64,000 bases of DNA. Origin: Candidatus Multivoradales bacterium (GTDB lineage Bacteria > Acidobacteriota > Thermoanaerobaculia > Multivoradales > JAHEKO01). The notes beneath the pieces were generated by a model. It was not told the DNA's origin. It made no database searches and saw only the letters and a list, made by a program, of their open reading frames with translations. Where the stretch lies: NCBI GenBank assembly GCA_965223155.1, contig CBDCVR010000014.1:160001-224000 (forward strand), given 5' to 3'. The translations under genes were made by a program, and so were the position numbers. Shown piece by piece: positions 49,760 to 59,116 of this stretch; within the stretch, counting starts at the first letter, position 1, and each line of letters starts with the position of its first letter.

Positions 49760-50209
49760 ATGCACAAGCTCCTATCCAGATTCGGTCTCGTGTTTCTGAT
49801 CGCCATCCTGGCGATGGCCGGGTGCGATGACGACGACAGTCCCACCGCCCCGATCGTGGATCCAGTGGAACCGCCGACCGTCACCATCACCTTTGCCGGA
49901 TCCATCGCTCAGGGGACGACAGGCTGCCACGACTTCAACGTCCCGGCAGTCGGTGCCGTCCAGCTTTCGATCACCGAACTCCAACCGCTGGAGACGCTGA
50001 CGGTGGGCATGGGCGCCGGCTTCGTCGACGATACGGTCGAGACCGGCTGCGCGCTATTTGCCACCGACCGGAGCGTCAAGCTCAACGACGTGCTCCAGAC
50101 CACCGTGGGCGCGCCCGACAACTTCTGCGTCTGCGTCTTCGACGTGGGCAACATCTTCCCGGACCAGACGGTGACCTACACCGTCAGCGTCACCCATCCC
50201 ACGCTCTAG
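49760..50209 (+). CDS. Hypothetical lipoprotein
   Basis: MHKLLSRFGLVFLIAILAMAGC lipobox, DSPTAP; FCVCVFDVG..YTVSVTHP. Confidence 0.7.
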   Translation: MHKLLSRFGLVFLIAILAMAGCDDDDSPTAPIVDPVEPPTVTITFAGSIAQGTTGCHDFNVPAVGAVQLSITELQPLETLTVGMGAGFVDDTVETGCALFATDRSVKLNDVLQTTVGAPDNFCVCVFDVGNIFPDQTVTYTVSVTHPTL

Positions 50210-50241
50210 CAGTCCAGAGCGGCGAGGGCGGCCGGCCGGCT

Positions 50242-52596
50242 TCAGTGAGAGCCGGCTTCGGTCCCGTGCCCGTCTCCCAACCGGAAGGTCGGGAGCTCGA
50301 GCGTCTCGAACGCGTCGGCGCCCTCGACCACCCGCAAGAACCGGTCGAGCGGCACCCGATCGAAGCTCTGCGTCGTGTCCGAGGTGGGCCAGTAGATCTC
50401 CAGCCGCTCGATCTTCGAGGCGGCACCCAGGCCGAGGTGCTGGCGCAGGGGGTTGGCGCCGAAGCTGCCGCCGCTGTTGACGAACTTGTAGATCGAGCGC
50501 GGCTCGCCATCCTCCCGCACGCGGACGTGGATGCGCGCGCCGATCGCTGAGCGGTTCGACGTCGTGCCGACCAGATCCAGCGCCAGCCACCGGTTGCCGA
50601 AGCCGGGGTTCTCGAAGAGGGCGTCGTTGAAGCGATCGCCCGGATAGATCCCCCCCATCTGCTCGAAGACGTCCTGGTCGCCGTCGTTGTCGAGATCGCC
50701 GAAGGCGATGGCATGCCCCTTCTGGAGGTGTCCGAAGCCGCCGTCGTAGGTGACGTCGCGAAAAGCGTCACCACGCCGGTTCGCCAGCATGACGTTCGGC
50801 GCCAGGGCCTCGTAGTCGGGATACCCGGTACCCAGATAGACGTCCGGAAAGCCGTCATTCTCCAGGTCACCAAAGTTGGCTCCCATCGGCAAGTGCAGCT
50901 TGGTCAAGCCGCGGCTCGAAGCCACGTCCTCGAAGCCGCCGGTTCCGTCGCCCCGGTAGAGCCTGGGCGGCTCGGCATTGTGCTCGAGGCCCAGATAGCT
51001 CGCCACCGTGGAGGCCAGAGCGTCCTTGTCGCCACGGTAGCTCGGCACGTAGAGATCCAGGGCGCCGTCGTTGTCGAAGTCCCAGAACCAGACCGGGAAC
51101 GAATAGACCGGCCCCTCGACCCCGGCCTCCCGGGCGACGTCGGTGAACGTGCCGTCCCGGTCGTTGCGATAGAGGCGATTCTCACCGCCGTTGACCGAGG
51201 TGTAGAGGTCCGGGTACCGGTCGCCGTCGAAGTCGCCCCAGACGACTCCCTTGACGAAGCGGAGATTCTGGACGCCGGCTTGGCGGGCGACGTCCTCGAA
51301 GGTGCCGTCGCCGTTGTTGCGAAAGAGCTGGCTCGGCGCCCACACATCCGGGGCGTGCTCGTTGCCGACGTAGAGATCCAGATCGCCGTCGTTGTCGTAG
51401 TCCGCCCAGGCCGCGGTCTGGGTCGGATAGTGCGCTTCGCCCAGGCCCGCTTGAAACGTCACGTCCGTGAAGGTGCCGTCCCCGTTGTTGCGGACCAGCG
51501 AGTTGGGGTGCCGGCCGGCGTTGCCCATCCAGGCTCCGCGCAGAATGTAGAGGTCCACGTCGCCGTCGTTGTCGTAGTCCGCTTGGACGGTGTTGATGCC
51601 GCCGTAGAGATCGCCCAGCCCGGCCGGCTCTGCCCGCTCCTCGAACGTGCCGTCGCCCCGGTTGGCGAACAAGTGAATCCGGCTCTCGGGGTCGAAGGTC
51701 GTGGTCAAGACGTCCAGCAAGCCATCGCCGTCGAGATCGTCCATCACGGCGCTGCCGTACAGGCTGTGGGTATCCATCCCCAGCTTGCCGGCGACGTTCG
51801 GGAACCGCGGGAAGGGCTCCTCCGAGCGGAAGGCCTCGACCGGGATCCGCCACGGCGCCGGTACCCCTTGCGGGTACTCGCCCACGGTCATGGCCGCCAG
51901 GTTGAGCAGCCAGTGAGCCTTGAGGTAAAGCGTTCGGTCCCGCCGGTCCTCGGGATCCAGGCGCCGCAGCGCCTCCTGGAAGTACTCCATCGCCCGGCGC
52001 GAGCCGGACTCGTCCACGTGCCGGCCGCCGCCGCGAATCGGCAAGATGCAGCTCTCGGGCGAGTGCCGGAGCCGGCAGTTCTGGGTCTCGGCCACGCGCA
52101 GATGGGCAACGCCCAGCTCGAAGAGGGACATGACCGCGAGTCCCGGCTCGAGGCCGGGCTCGACCTCTGCCAACATCTTCCGGGCCCGGGTCATCTGGCG
52201 AATGGCCTCGTCCTCCCGCCCCAGGCGCAGCTCGGCCACCCCCAGGGTCACGTGCAGGTACCAGCGCTCCCTGGGATCCGCCGCCGAGTCCAGGGCCTCC
52301 AAACGCCGGCGCCGGCGACGGGCGTCGAGATCCCCCAGCCAGACGTTCTCGTCCGCGGTGCGCTCCAGAATGGCCTGGAGCGCCCGGACCATCTCATGAT
52401 GGCTCGCGGCCGGTTCGAGACCGCGCTCGATGGCTGCCGGCGGCGACGGGCCGGCGGCGAGCGCGGCGGGTGGCCCAGCGGGGCCGCCGGCGGCCCCGCC
52501 GCCAGCCCCCCAGACACTCCAGGCAAGGATGAGGAGTCCGACCGCGATCCCCGCCTTGGCTCTTCCTGTCCGGGACGATCCGGCAGCTCCCGCCAT
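50242..52596 (-). CDS. CRTAC1 / ASPIC-UnbV family protein with FG-GAP repeats and TPR-like region
   Basis: Repeated DYDNDGDxDLY and NNGDGTFxDV; C-terminal SNRSAIGAR...HLGLG...IYWP. Confidence 0.88.
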   Translation of the reverse strand: MAGAAGSSRTGRAKAGIAVGLLILAWSVWGAGGGAAGGPAGPPAALAAGPSPPAAIERGLEPAASHHEMVRALQAILERTADENVWLGDLDARRRRRRLEALDSAADPRERWYLHVTLGVAELRLGREDEAIRQMTRARKMLAEVEPGLEPGLAVMSLFELGVAHLRVAETQNCRLRHSPESCILPIRGGGRHVDESGSRRAMEYFQEALRRLDPEDRRDRTLYLKAHWLLNLAAMTVGEYPQGVPAPWRIPVEAFRSEEPFPRFPNVAGKLGMDTHSLYGSAVMDDLDGDGLLDVLTTTFDPESRIHLFANRGDGTFEERAEPAGLGDLYGGINTVQADYDNDGDVDLYILRGAWMGNAGRHPNSLVRNNGDGTFTDVTFQAGLGEAHYPTQTAAWADYDNDGDLDLYVGNEHAPDVWAPSQLFRNNGDGTFEDVARQAGVQNLRFVKGVVWGDFDGDRYPDLYTSVNGGENRLYRNDRDGTFTDVAREAGVEGPVYSFPVWFWDFDNDGALDLYVPSYRGDKDALASTVASYLGLEHNAEPPRLYRGDGTGGFEDVASSRGLTKLHLPMGANFGDLENDGFPDVYLGTGYPDYEALAPNVMLANRRGDAFRDVTYDGGFGHLQKGHAIAFGDLDNDGDQDVFEQMGGIYPGDRFNDALFENPGFGNRWLALDLVGTTSNRSAIGARIHVRVREDGEPRSIYKFVNSGGSFGANPLRQHLGLGAASKIERLEIYWPTSDTTQSFDRVPLDRFLRVVEGADAFETLELPTFRLGDGHGTEAGSH

Positions 52597-52636
52597 CGGA
52601 CAAGGCTAGCAGCCTGCGGCGGGCCCGGCGTCATCC

Positions 52637-52687
52637 CAGACGGGGCCAGACGGGCTCAGACGGGGCCAATCGGGGCCGGACGGGGCC
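52637..52687. repeat. Five imperfect 10-bp tandem repeats (CAGACGGGGC)
   Basis: Seen directly, in the intergenic region upstream of the CRTAC1 gene. Confidence 0.7.
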
Positions 52688-52823
52688 GCGGTCTCCAGCG
52701 TCCTCTGCATCCTCCAGCACGGGCGAGCGCGCCATCGAACGTCAGAAGGCACCAGAGACCGGGCCCACCCGATCGATTCGAACTCAGCCGGGTCGTCCGA
52801 TCCGGCCGACCTGGCCGATCGGG

Positions 52824-53579
52824 CTAGCGGTTGAGCTCCACCAGCTCCAGAATTTCGTCCAGAACGATGCCGACCCGAGGGCAGTAGAGCTTTAGGTCGC
52901 CACCCGCGTCCGGCTCGAAGGCGCTGCTGTCCAAGACGGCAACACAGTCTTCGAAGGTCCCGGCGTCGGTCTCGACCGTCAGTCCCATATCGACATTGCG
53001 GCCCCGGTCCAGGGCAACTCCAGGCGCGACTTCCTGGAAGTAGCGGGCTCCAAGGAGGAAGCGCCCCGGGAACAAGATCCCGGGCTGGGCGCCGTCCACG
53101 CCGGCCAGCCAGGCGCCCTCGTGGTCCACGATCTCGCCGTCCTCGTAGTCGTCAACGTCTTCACCGAAGTAGAAGACGTCGCCGGTCTCGCGGCAAATGG
53201 CGACGAAGTTCTTGGAGATCTCGACCAACTCGTCGTCCTCGAACTCGCGCTCCTCGAGAACCCGGGCCCGCAGTGTCACCGCGGCGCCATCCGGGCTCGT
53301 GAAACTGATCTTCCGGGTCTTGCGCAGGACCGTGATTTCGGCCCGGATCTCGATCAGCTCGCCGTCGTCTTCTTCCTCCCCAACCAGGATGTTCTGATGG
53401 CCGGGCTTCAGGGGAAAGTAGCGGTTCTGGTTGCCGCGCGAGCGCCAGGTGCAGTCCTCGGGCCGAAACTCGGTGGTGAACTGCGCGGGAGCCGGGCCCG
53501 CGAACAGTGCGAGGATCACGGCGGCTCCGAGGACTCCGACCAGCAGTCGGCGGGATTCAGGAATGGTTAGCGACTCCAT
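52824..53579 (-). CDS. Exported conserved hypothetical protein
   Basis: Signal peptide; YFPLKPG, GDVFYFGE, GAWLAGVDGAQPG, AGTFEDC. Confidence 0.75.
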   Translation of the reverse strand: MESLTIPESRRLLVGVLGAAVILALFAGPAPAQFTTEFRPEDCTWRSRGNQNRYFPLKPGHQNILVGEEEDDGELIEIRAEITVLRKTRKISFTSPDGAAVTLRARVLEEREFEDDELVEISKNFVAICRETGDVFYFGEDVDDYEDGEIVDHEGAWLAGVDGAQPGILFPGRFLLGARYFQEVAPGVALDRGRNVDMGLTVETDAGTFEDCVAVLDSSAFEPDAGGDLKLYCPRVGIVLDEILELVELNR

Positions 53580-53671
53580 AACGTCTCCTTTCGAGGGCGG
53601 CCGCGGCGTGCTTGCCGCGTGCCGTCTGCTCTCTTGGATGCCGTCGCCGCCGGAATCCTTCGCCTGATCTC

Positions 53672-55339
53672 TTACATGCTGAGCAAACCGACCGGCTCGC
53701 CGTCCACCAGATCCATCTCCAGCGCCTGGGGCGAGGGCGGCAGGCCGGGCATGCGCATGATGTCGCCCAGAAGCGGCACCACGAAGCCGGCACCGGCCGA
53801 GATCACGAAGCCCCGCACCGTGATCTCAAAGTCCCGCGGCCGGCCGGCGCGCCTGGGATCGTCGGTGAGCGAGGTCGGCGTCTTGGCGACGCACAGAGGC
53901 AGCTCCCCGAAGCCCAGCTCCTGAATGCGCTTCATGTCGGCCTTCGCCTGTTTGGTGTAGACGATCGACTTGGCCCCGTACATGGTGCCGGCGATCTTCT
54001 GCATCTTGTCCTGGATCGGCTCGGACCAGTCATAGAGCGGCTGGAAGGGGTTCGAGGTGCGTTCGGCGTGCTCGAGGAGAGTCTGCGCAAGCTCGGTGGC
54101 GCCGGCACCGCCCCGGGCGAAGCCGTCGCAGACCGCGAACGGCGCGCCGTCCTCGGCACAGGCCGCTCGCACGACCTCGATTTCTTCGTCGGTGTCGGTG
54201 GCGAAGCGGTTGAGGGCCACCACCGGCACCTCGCCGAAGGCGCGAATGCTCTCGATGTGCTTGTGCAGGTTGTCGAGGCCGCGCTTGACCCCCTTGGGGT
54301 TGGGCTTGGCGATGTCCTTTCGCTTGACCCGGCCGTGCCGCTTGAGGGCGCGCACGGTCGCCACCAGGACGACCGCGGCGGTGTCCAAACCCGCGGAGGT
54401 GCACTTGATGTCGAAGAATTTCTCGGCTCCCAGGTCGAAGCCGAAACCGGCCTCGGTGACGACCCAATCGGCATGGGCAAGGGCCATCTTCGTGGCCAGC
54501 ACCGAGTTGCAGCCGTGGGCGATGTTGGCGAACGGCCCCCCGTGAATGAAGGTCGGCACGCCCTCGACGGTCTGAACCAGGTTCGGCATCAGGGCGTCCT
54601 TGAGGAGCACCATCATCGCGCCTACCGCGCCGATGTCGCCGGCGGTCACGGGCTCGTCGCGGAAGGTGAAGGCAACCAGCAACCGCGAGAGCCGCTCGCG
54701 CAGATCGGCCTCGCCCTCGGCCAGGCACAAGACCGCCATGATTTCCGAGGCCGCGGTGATGTCGAAGCCGGTCTCGCGCGGAACGCCCTGGAGCTTGCCG
54801 CCCAGGCCGATGACGATGTCGCGCAGCGCCCGGTCGTTTAGGTCCACGACCCGGCGCCACAGCACCCGCCGCGAATCGATGCGCAAGGCGTTGCCCTGGT
54901 AGATGTGGTTGTCGACCATCGCCGCCAGCAGGTTGTTGGCCGCGGTGATGGCGTGAAAGTCGCCGGTGAAATGGAGGTTGATGTCGCCGGCCGGCACCAC
55001 GATCGCCTTGCCGCCGCCGGTAGCGCCCCCCTTCTTGCCGAAAGTCGGGCCCAGGGACGGCTCGCGCAGGGCCAGGCAGACGCGCTCTCCGACCGCCGCC
55101 AGCCCTTGGGCCAGGCCGATCGAGGTCGTGGTCTTGCCTTCGCCGGCACTGGTTGGGGTAATGGCCGAGACCAGCACCAGATGGCCGTTGCCGCCGCGGG
55201 CCTCCAGCCCGGCCGAACATGCCGCCAGCCGGACCTTGGCCTTGTCCTCGCCATACGGCACCAGGTGCTCGGCCGCGATCCCCAGATCGGCCGCTACGTC
55301 TTGGATCGGGCGCGGTCCGGATGTGCTTGTCTCAGGCAT
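53672..55339 (-). CDS. fhs: Formate--tetrahydrofolate ligase
   Basis: TPTSAGEGKTT, LREPSLGP, KGGATGGG, INLHFTGD, HGGPFANIAHGCNS, TEAGFG, IMRMPGLP. Confidence 0.97.
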   Translation of the reverse strand: MPETSTSGPRPIQDVAADLGIAAEHLVPYGEDKAKVRLAACSAGLEARGGNGHLVLVSAITPTSAGEGKTTTSIGLAQGLAAVGERVCLALREPSLGPTFGKKGGATGGGKAIVVPAGDINLHFTGDFHAITAANNLLAAMVDNHIYQGNALRIDSRRVLWRRVVDLNDRALRDIVIGLGGKLQGVPRETGFDITAASEIMAVLCLAEGEADLRERLSRLLVAFTFRDEPVTAGDIGAVGAMMVLLKDALMPNLVQTVEGVPTFIHGGPFANIAHGCNSVLATKMALAHADWVVTEAGFGFDLGAEKFFDIKCTSAGLDTAAVVLVATVRALKRHGRVKRKDIAKPNPKGVKRGLDNLHKHIESIRAFGEVPVVALNRFATDTDEEIEVVRAACAEDGAPFAVCDGFARGGAGATELAQTLLEHAERTSNPFQPLYDWSEPIQDKMQKIAGTMYGAKSIVYTKQAKADMKRIQELGFGELPLCVAKTPTSLTDDPRRAGRPRDFEITVRGFVISAGAGFVVPLLGDIMRMPGLPPSPQALEMDLVDGEPVGLLSM

Positions 55340-55490
55340 TCGACTCTCCCTTCGCGAAACCGGTCAACAGAGGTGCGTCGCGGCAAAGTCCCGGCCGCAA
55401 GACGCCAAGAGCGTCATTAGACGCCATTCGCGGCCGAGTTTTCAAGCAGGGAGCGCGGCCGCGCCGGTGGTAGCCTCGCGTGCCGCGACC

Positions 55491-56321
55491 ATGTGCCTGC
55501 TGATCGCCCTCCACCGTACTCATCCCGAGGCCGCGCTCATCATCGCCGCCAACCGTGACGAGTTGTTGGCTCGACCGGCGACTCCGATGACCGTCCTGCA
55601 GGAGAGCGGGCCCCGCATCCTGGGCGGTCGCGACCTCGTGGCCGGTGGAACCTGGCTGGCGGTCAACGAGCACGGCGTCGCGGCGGCCCTGACCAACCGC
55701 GCAGCGGCGGTCGGGAGGCAGGGCTTGCGCTCGCGGGGCGAATGGCCGATCTTTCTAGCCGGCCACTCGAGCGCGGCCAAAGCGGCGCGGGCGTTCTGCG
55801 CCACCTTCTCGCCGGCGGACTTCAGCCCCGGCTGGGTTCTGGTCGGCGACGGCACCGCCCTCTTCTACATCGCCATGGACCGGGAGCGAGAACCGGTCCC
55901 GGTCGAACTTGGAGCTGGCATGCACGTCCTCGAGAACCGTCCCTTGCACGTCCTCTCGCCCAAGGCCATGGCCGTACGCCGGCGGCTCCAGGGCATCCAG
56001 GACCTGGACGGCGCCGAGCTCGAGACGACCCTGATGACTCTTCTCGCCGGGCACGAAGCGCCGCGGGCCGCCCGCACCCTACGCTCGACCCGCCCGCCGG
56101 AAGCGCAGTGTCCCTGCGTCCACCTCGGCCCCTACGGCACCAGGTCCTCGGCCTTGGTCCGCATCGACGAAGGACGTTCGCCGCGGATCTCGTTTTCCGA
56201 GGGCCCCCCCTGCACTCACGACTTCCGCGACGCCACCGGCTTGTGGCGCCCGACGGACGGCGCCGGCCCGGACGGGGACCGAACCAGCAGCGTGTCTCGG
56301 GACGCCGCCGAAACACGATAG
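55491..56321 (+). CDS. NRDE family protein
   Basis: MCL...AANRDE, GRDLVAGGTWL, ALTN, SRG, YGTRSS. Confidence 0.9.
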   Translation: MCLLIALHRTHPEAALIIAANRDELLARPATPMTVLQESGPRILGGRDLVAGGTWLAVNEHGVAAALTNRAAAVGRQGLRSRGEWPIFLAGHSSAAKAARAFCATFSPADFSPGWVLVGDGTALFYIAMDREREPVPVELGAGMHVLENRPLHVLSPKAMAVRRRLQGIQDLDGAELETTLMTLLAGHEAPRAARTLRSTRPPEAQCPCVHLGPYGTRSSALVRIDEGRSPRISFSEGPPCTHDFRDATGLWRPTDGAGPDGDRTSSVSRDAAETR

Positions 56322-56354
56322 ATTCCCGTCCCGGCCCCACTTCCTTCAGAAGCC

Positions 56355-56837
56355 ATGAAAGACAAACACGTTCGCATCCGTATCGAGCAGTGCCTGGCGC
56401 TCGCCAAGGCGTCCAACTGCCCGCGCCGGAAGTTCGGCGCCCTGCTCCTGGATCCCGAGCGCAACGTGGTCTTGATGGATGGGTACAACGGCGGCCCCCG
56501 GGCCGGCGGCGAGCTCTGCGGCGGCGACGTGTGCGTGCGCGATGAGCGCGGCATCCCTTCGGGACAGCGCATGGAGCTGGGCTGCCATCACGCCGAGATG
56601 AACGTGATCTGCAACTGCGCCGCCGCCGGCGTCGCCGCCAAGGGCGCCTGGCTCTTCGTCACCGGCGAGCCCTGTGTCCTGTGCGCCAAGCTGATCCACC
56701 ACGCCGGCATCACCAAGGTCATCATCGTGGGCGGGGGCTACGCCGGCGAGAACGGCGTCGGCTATCTCCTCGAGCACGGCGTTCTGGTCCAGGCCGTTGC
56801 CGGGCCTCAGGACGAGCGCCTGTCCGGCCTGGCCTAG
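56355..56837 (+). CDS. dCMP deaminase-family (ComEB-like) protein
   Basis: SNCPRRKFGA, GYNG, HAEMN, PCVLCAK. Confidence 0.88.
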   Translation: MKDKHVRIRIEQCLALAKASNCPRRKFGALLLDPERNVVLMDGYNGGPRAGGELCGGDVCVRDERGIPSGQRMELGCHHAEMNVICNCAAAGVAAKGAWLFVTGEPCVLCAKLIHHAGITKVIIVGGGYAGENGVGYLLEHGVLVQAVAGPQDERLSGLA

Positions 56838-56986
56838 GCACCCGGCGCGGCCCGGTTCCCGGCCCAACCGGGCCTCAGCCAGGGCCGAGAAGCGCGCTTG
56901 GGTTCCAAGGGGCCGACGAGCAGACCAGGGTGGCACATTCCTGGCGGAACCCTTGCGCCGCCTTCCCGTAGTAGCTTGGAGCTCCG

Positions 56987-59035
56987 ATGAAGATCCGCAA
57001 CCAGCTCGTCGTCGCCTTTCTCCTGCTGGCGATCGTGCCCATGACCGCGATCGTGCTCTATAGCTACCTGGCGTCGGAACGAGCGGTGCGCGCCGCGGTC
57101 GAAGCCGAAGCGGCGGCCATGACCGAGGAGATGGAGCGCCAGGTAGGCAAGGTCCAGGGCGAGATTCGGAGACGGGTCGAGGGTATCTCCGCGTTCCGCT
57201 TCCGGCAGTTGACGGCAAGCGAGGAAGCCGAGCTGGAAGACACCGCTTCGGCCCGTACCCTGGTCTCCGAGCTGGGCGACAACGCGCCGCTGGTGCGTTC
57301 TTTCGAGTTCGTTCCCGCCCATCCCGAGCCCGCCGGTCCCGGCGGCAACGATGCCGCACTGGCTCCAACGGCTCCACTGGCTCCACTGGCTCAAGGGGCG
57401 CCACTGGTACCAGTGGTGATCGATTTTCAACAGCTCCGCGCCAGCGTCTCGGCCAGTTTCGAAGCCATCGCCGGCGCCAACCTGCCTGAGGGGGTGGACG
57501 GAGAGGCCTTGCGCTCGGCCGCCTTGGAGGGGCTGGAAGCGATCGAGATCGACCGTCGCGAGATCGAGACCCGCCTGGAAGAGATCGCCCGAGAGCGAGC
57601 CGCCAAGCACGAACGGAAGGCGCAGGCGCGAGAGCTTGCCACGGAGGCCGAAGCCGCCGCCGCGGAGGTCTCGGCGGAGACCGAATTCCTCGTGCATCTG
57701 GACTCGGAGCTCGAAGTGCCGGTCTTCGAAGGCACCGACCGCATCGGCGAGATCAAGACGCGGCTCCATAGCGAGGAGCTACTGCGCCGGATCTTCGCGA
57801 GCGCGGCGCGCCGGAAGGGCGAGATTCCCTTCGCCCTGGCCGAGGACGGCGGCGTGCTGACCTCCGGGGACGACGATCGCCAGGCACTCGCCTCGATCGG
57901 GCTGATCGAGCGCGCCGCGGCCGGCAGTCTGCCCCAGACCCTGGTCCTCGACAACTGGGTCGTGGTCACCAGCCGCGAGGGCGAGACCGGCGCTCGGCTG
58001 GGTATCGCCCGGCCCATTCGAGAGTCTCTGGCCCAGCTCCGCGTCACCGCGATGACCAACTTCGCCTTTGGTGCCGGCCTCATCGGCCTGGCGCTTCTGG
58101 GCGTCTTGCCCTTGGCGCACCGCCTCACCAAAGGCCTGCGCCGGGTTACCGCGGTCGCCGAGCGCCTGGCCACGGGCGACCTTGAAGCGCGCGTGGACGT
58201 CCGGTCGGGGAACGAGCTCGGCCAGCTCGCCCGCGCTTTCAACGACATGGCCTCCGATCTCCAGGACAACCAGGAACGCCTGGTGCATCAGGAGTTGCTC
58301 CAGGCCGAGTACGAGCGCAAGAGTCGCGAGCTCGAGGAGGCGCGGGCGTTCCAACTCTCCCTCCTGCCGCGCGAGCTGCCGTCCCATCCCTTCTTCGAGG
58401 TCGCCGCGGCGATGAAGACCGCCACCGAGGTCGGAGGCGACTACTACGACTTCCGGCTTTCCCCGGACGGCGAGCTCACCGCCGCGGTCGGAGACGCCAC
58501 CGGCCACGGCGCTCGAGCCGGCACCATGGTGACCGTGGTCAAGAGCCTCTTTACCACCTACCCTCCGGACCGCCGTCTGGCCGACTTCCATGCCCGCGCC
58601 GCCCGCGGCATCCGCCGCATGGAACTGGGCCGGATGTCGATGGCGCTGACCCTGGTACGGCTGACCCGTGAGCGCCTGACCGTCTCCTCCGCCGGCATGC
58701 CCCCGGTCCTGGTGCATCGGGCTCAGACCGGATCGATCGAGGAGATCGCGCTTCAGGGCATGCCCCTGGGCGGGCTGGATCTCGAGTACGACGAGGCCGG
58801 CGTCGAGCTGGCCGGCGGCGACACCGTGCTCCTGATGAGCGACGGTTTCCCGGAGCTGACCAACGCCGAAGACGAGGCCTTGGGCTACGACGGCGCCCGG
58901 GACCGGTTCGCCGCGGCCGCTTCGGCGGGCCCGGAAGGCGTCGTAGCCGAGCTCTTGCGCGAGGCGGACGCCTGGGCCGGCGGCCCGGACGCGCTCACCG
59001 ACGACATCACCTTCGTGGCGATTCGTCTGCGTTGA
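56987..59035 (+). CDS. Membrane HAMP + PP2C (SpoIIE/RsbU-type) phosphatase
   Basis: Two TM segments; ELGQLARAFNDM HAMP; VGGDYYD, GDATGHG, SDGFPE, DDIT. Confidence 0.9.
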   Translation: MKIRNQLVVAFLLLAIVPMTAIVLYSYLASERAVRAAVEAEAAAMTEEMERQVGKVQGEIRRRVEGISAFRFRQLTASEEAELEDTASARTLVSELGDNAPLVRSFEFVPAHPEPAGPGGNDAALAPTAPLAPLAQGAPLVPVVIDFQQLRASVSASFEAIAGANLPEGVDGEALRSAALEGLEAIEIDRREIETRLEEIARERAAKHERKAQARELATEAEAAAAEVSAETEFLVHLDSELEVPVFEGTDRIGEIKTRLHSEELLRRIFASAARRKGEIPFALAEDGGVLTSGDDDRQALASIGLIERAAAGSLPQTLVLDNWVVVTSREGETGARLGIARPIRESLAQLRVTAMTNFAFGAGLIGLALLGVLPLAHRLTKGLRRVTAVAERLATGDLEARVDVRSGNELGQLARAFNDMASDLQDNQERLVHQELLQAEYERKSRELEEARAFQLSLLPRELPSHPFFEVAAAMKTATEVGGDYYDFRLSPDGELTAAVGDATGHGARAGTMVTVVKSLFTTYPPDRRLADFHARAARGIRRMELGRMSMALTLVRLTRERLTVSSAGMPPVLVHRAQTGSIEEIALQGMPLGGLDLEYDEAGVELAGGDTVLLMSDGFPELTNAEDEALGYDGARDRFAAAASAGPEGVVAELLREADAWAGGPDALTDDITFVAIRLR

Positions 59036-59116
59036 ACCGCGGCCGGCTCGACCGATCCCCCGACAGGGATCGGAGAGAACAGCTCGAGTCTCGATACCTC
59101 GAAGTCGGCTGGCGGA

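Noticed and set aside
56355-56837. Deaminase as an anti-phage dCTP deaminase or toxin
   Set aside because: Stand-alone 160-aa ComEB-like protein without a kinase domain, in housekeeping context.
57355-57410. 9-bp tandem repeat in the PP2C gene
   Set aside because: Encodes a short APLAPL low-complexity linker; an ordinary in-frame repeat.
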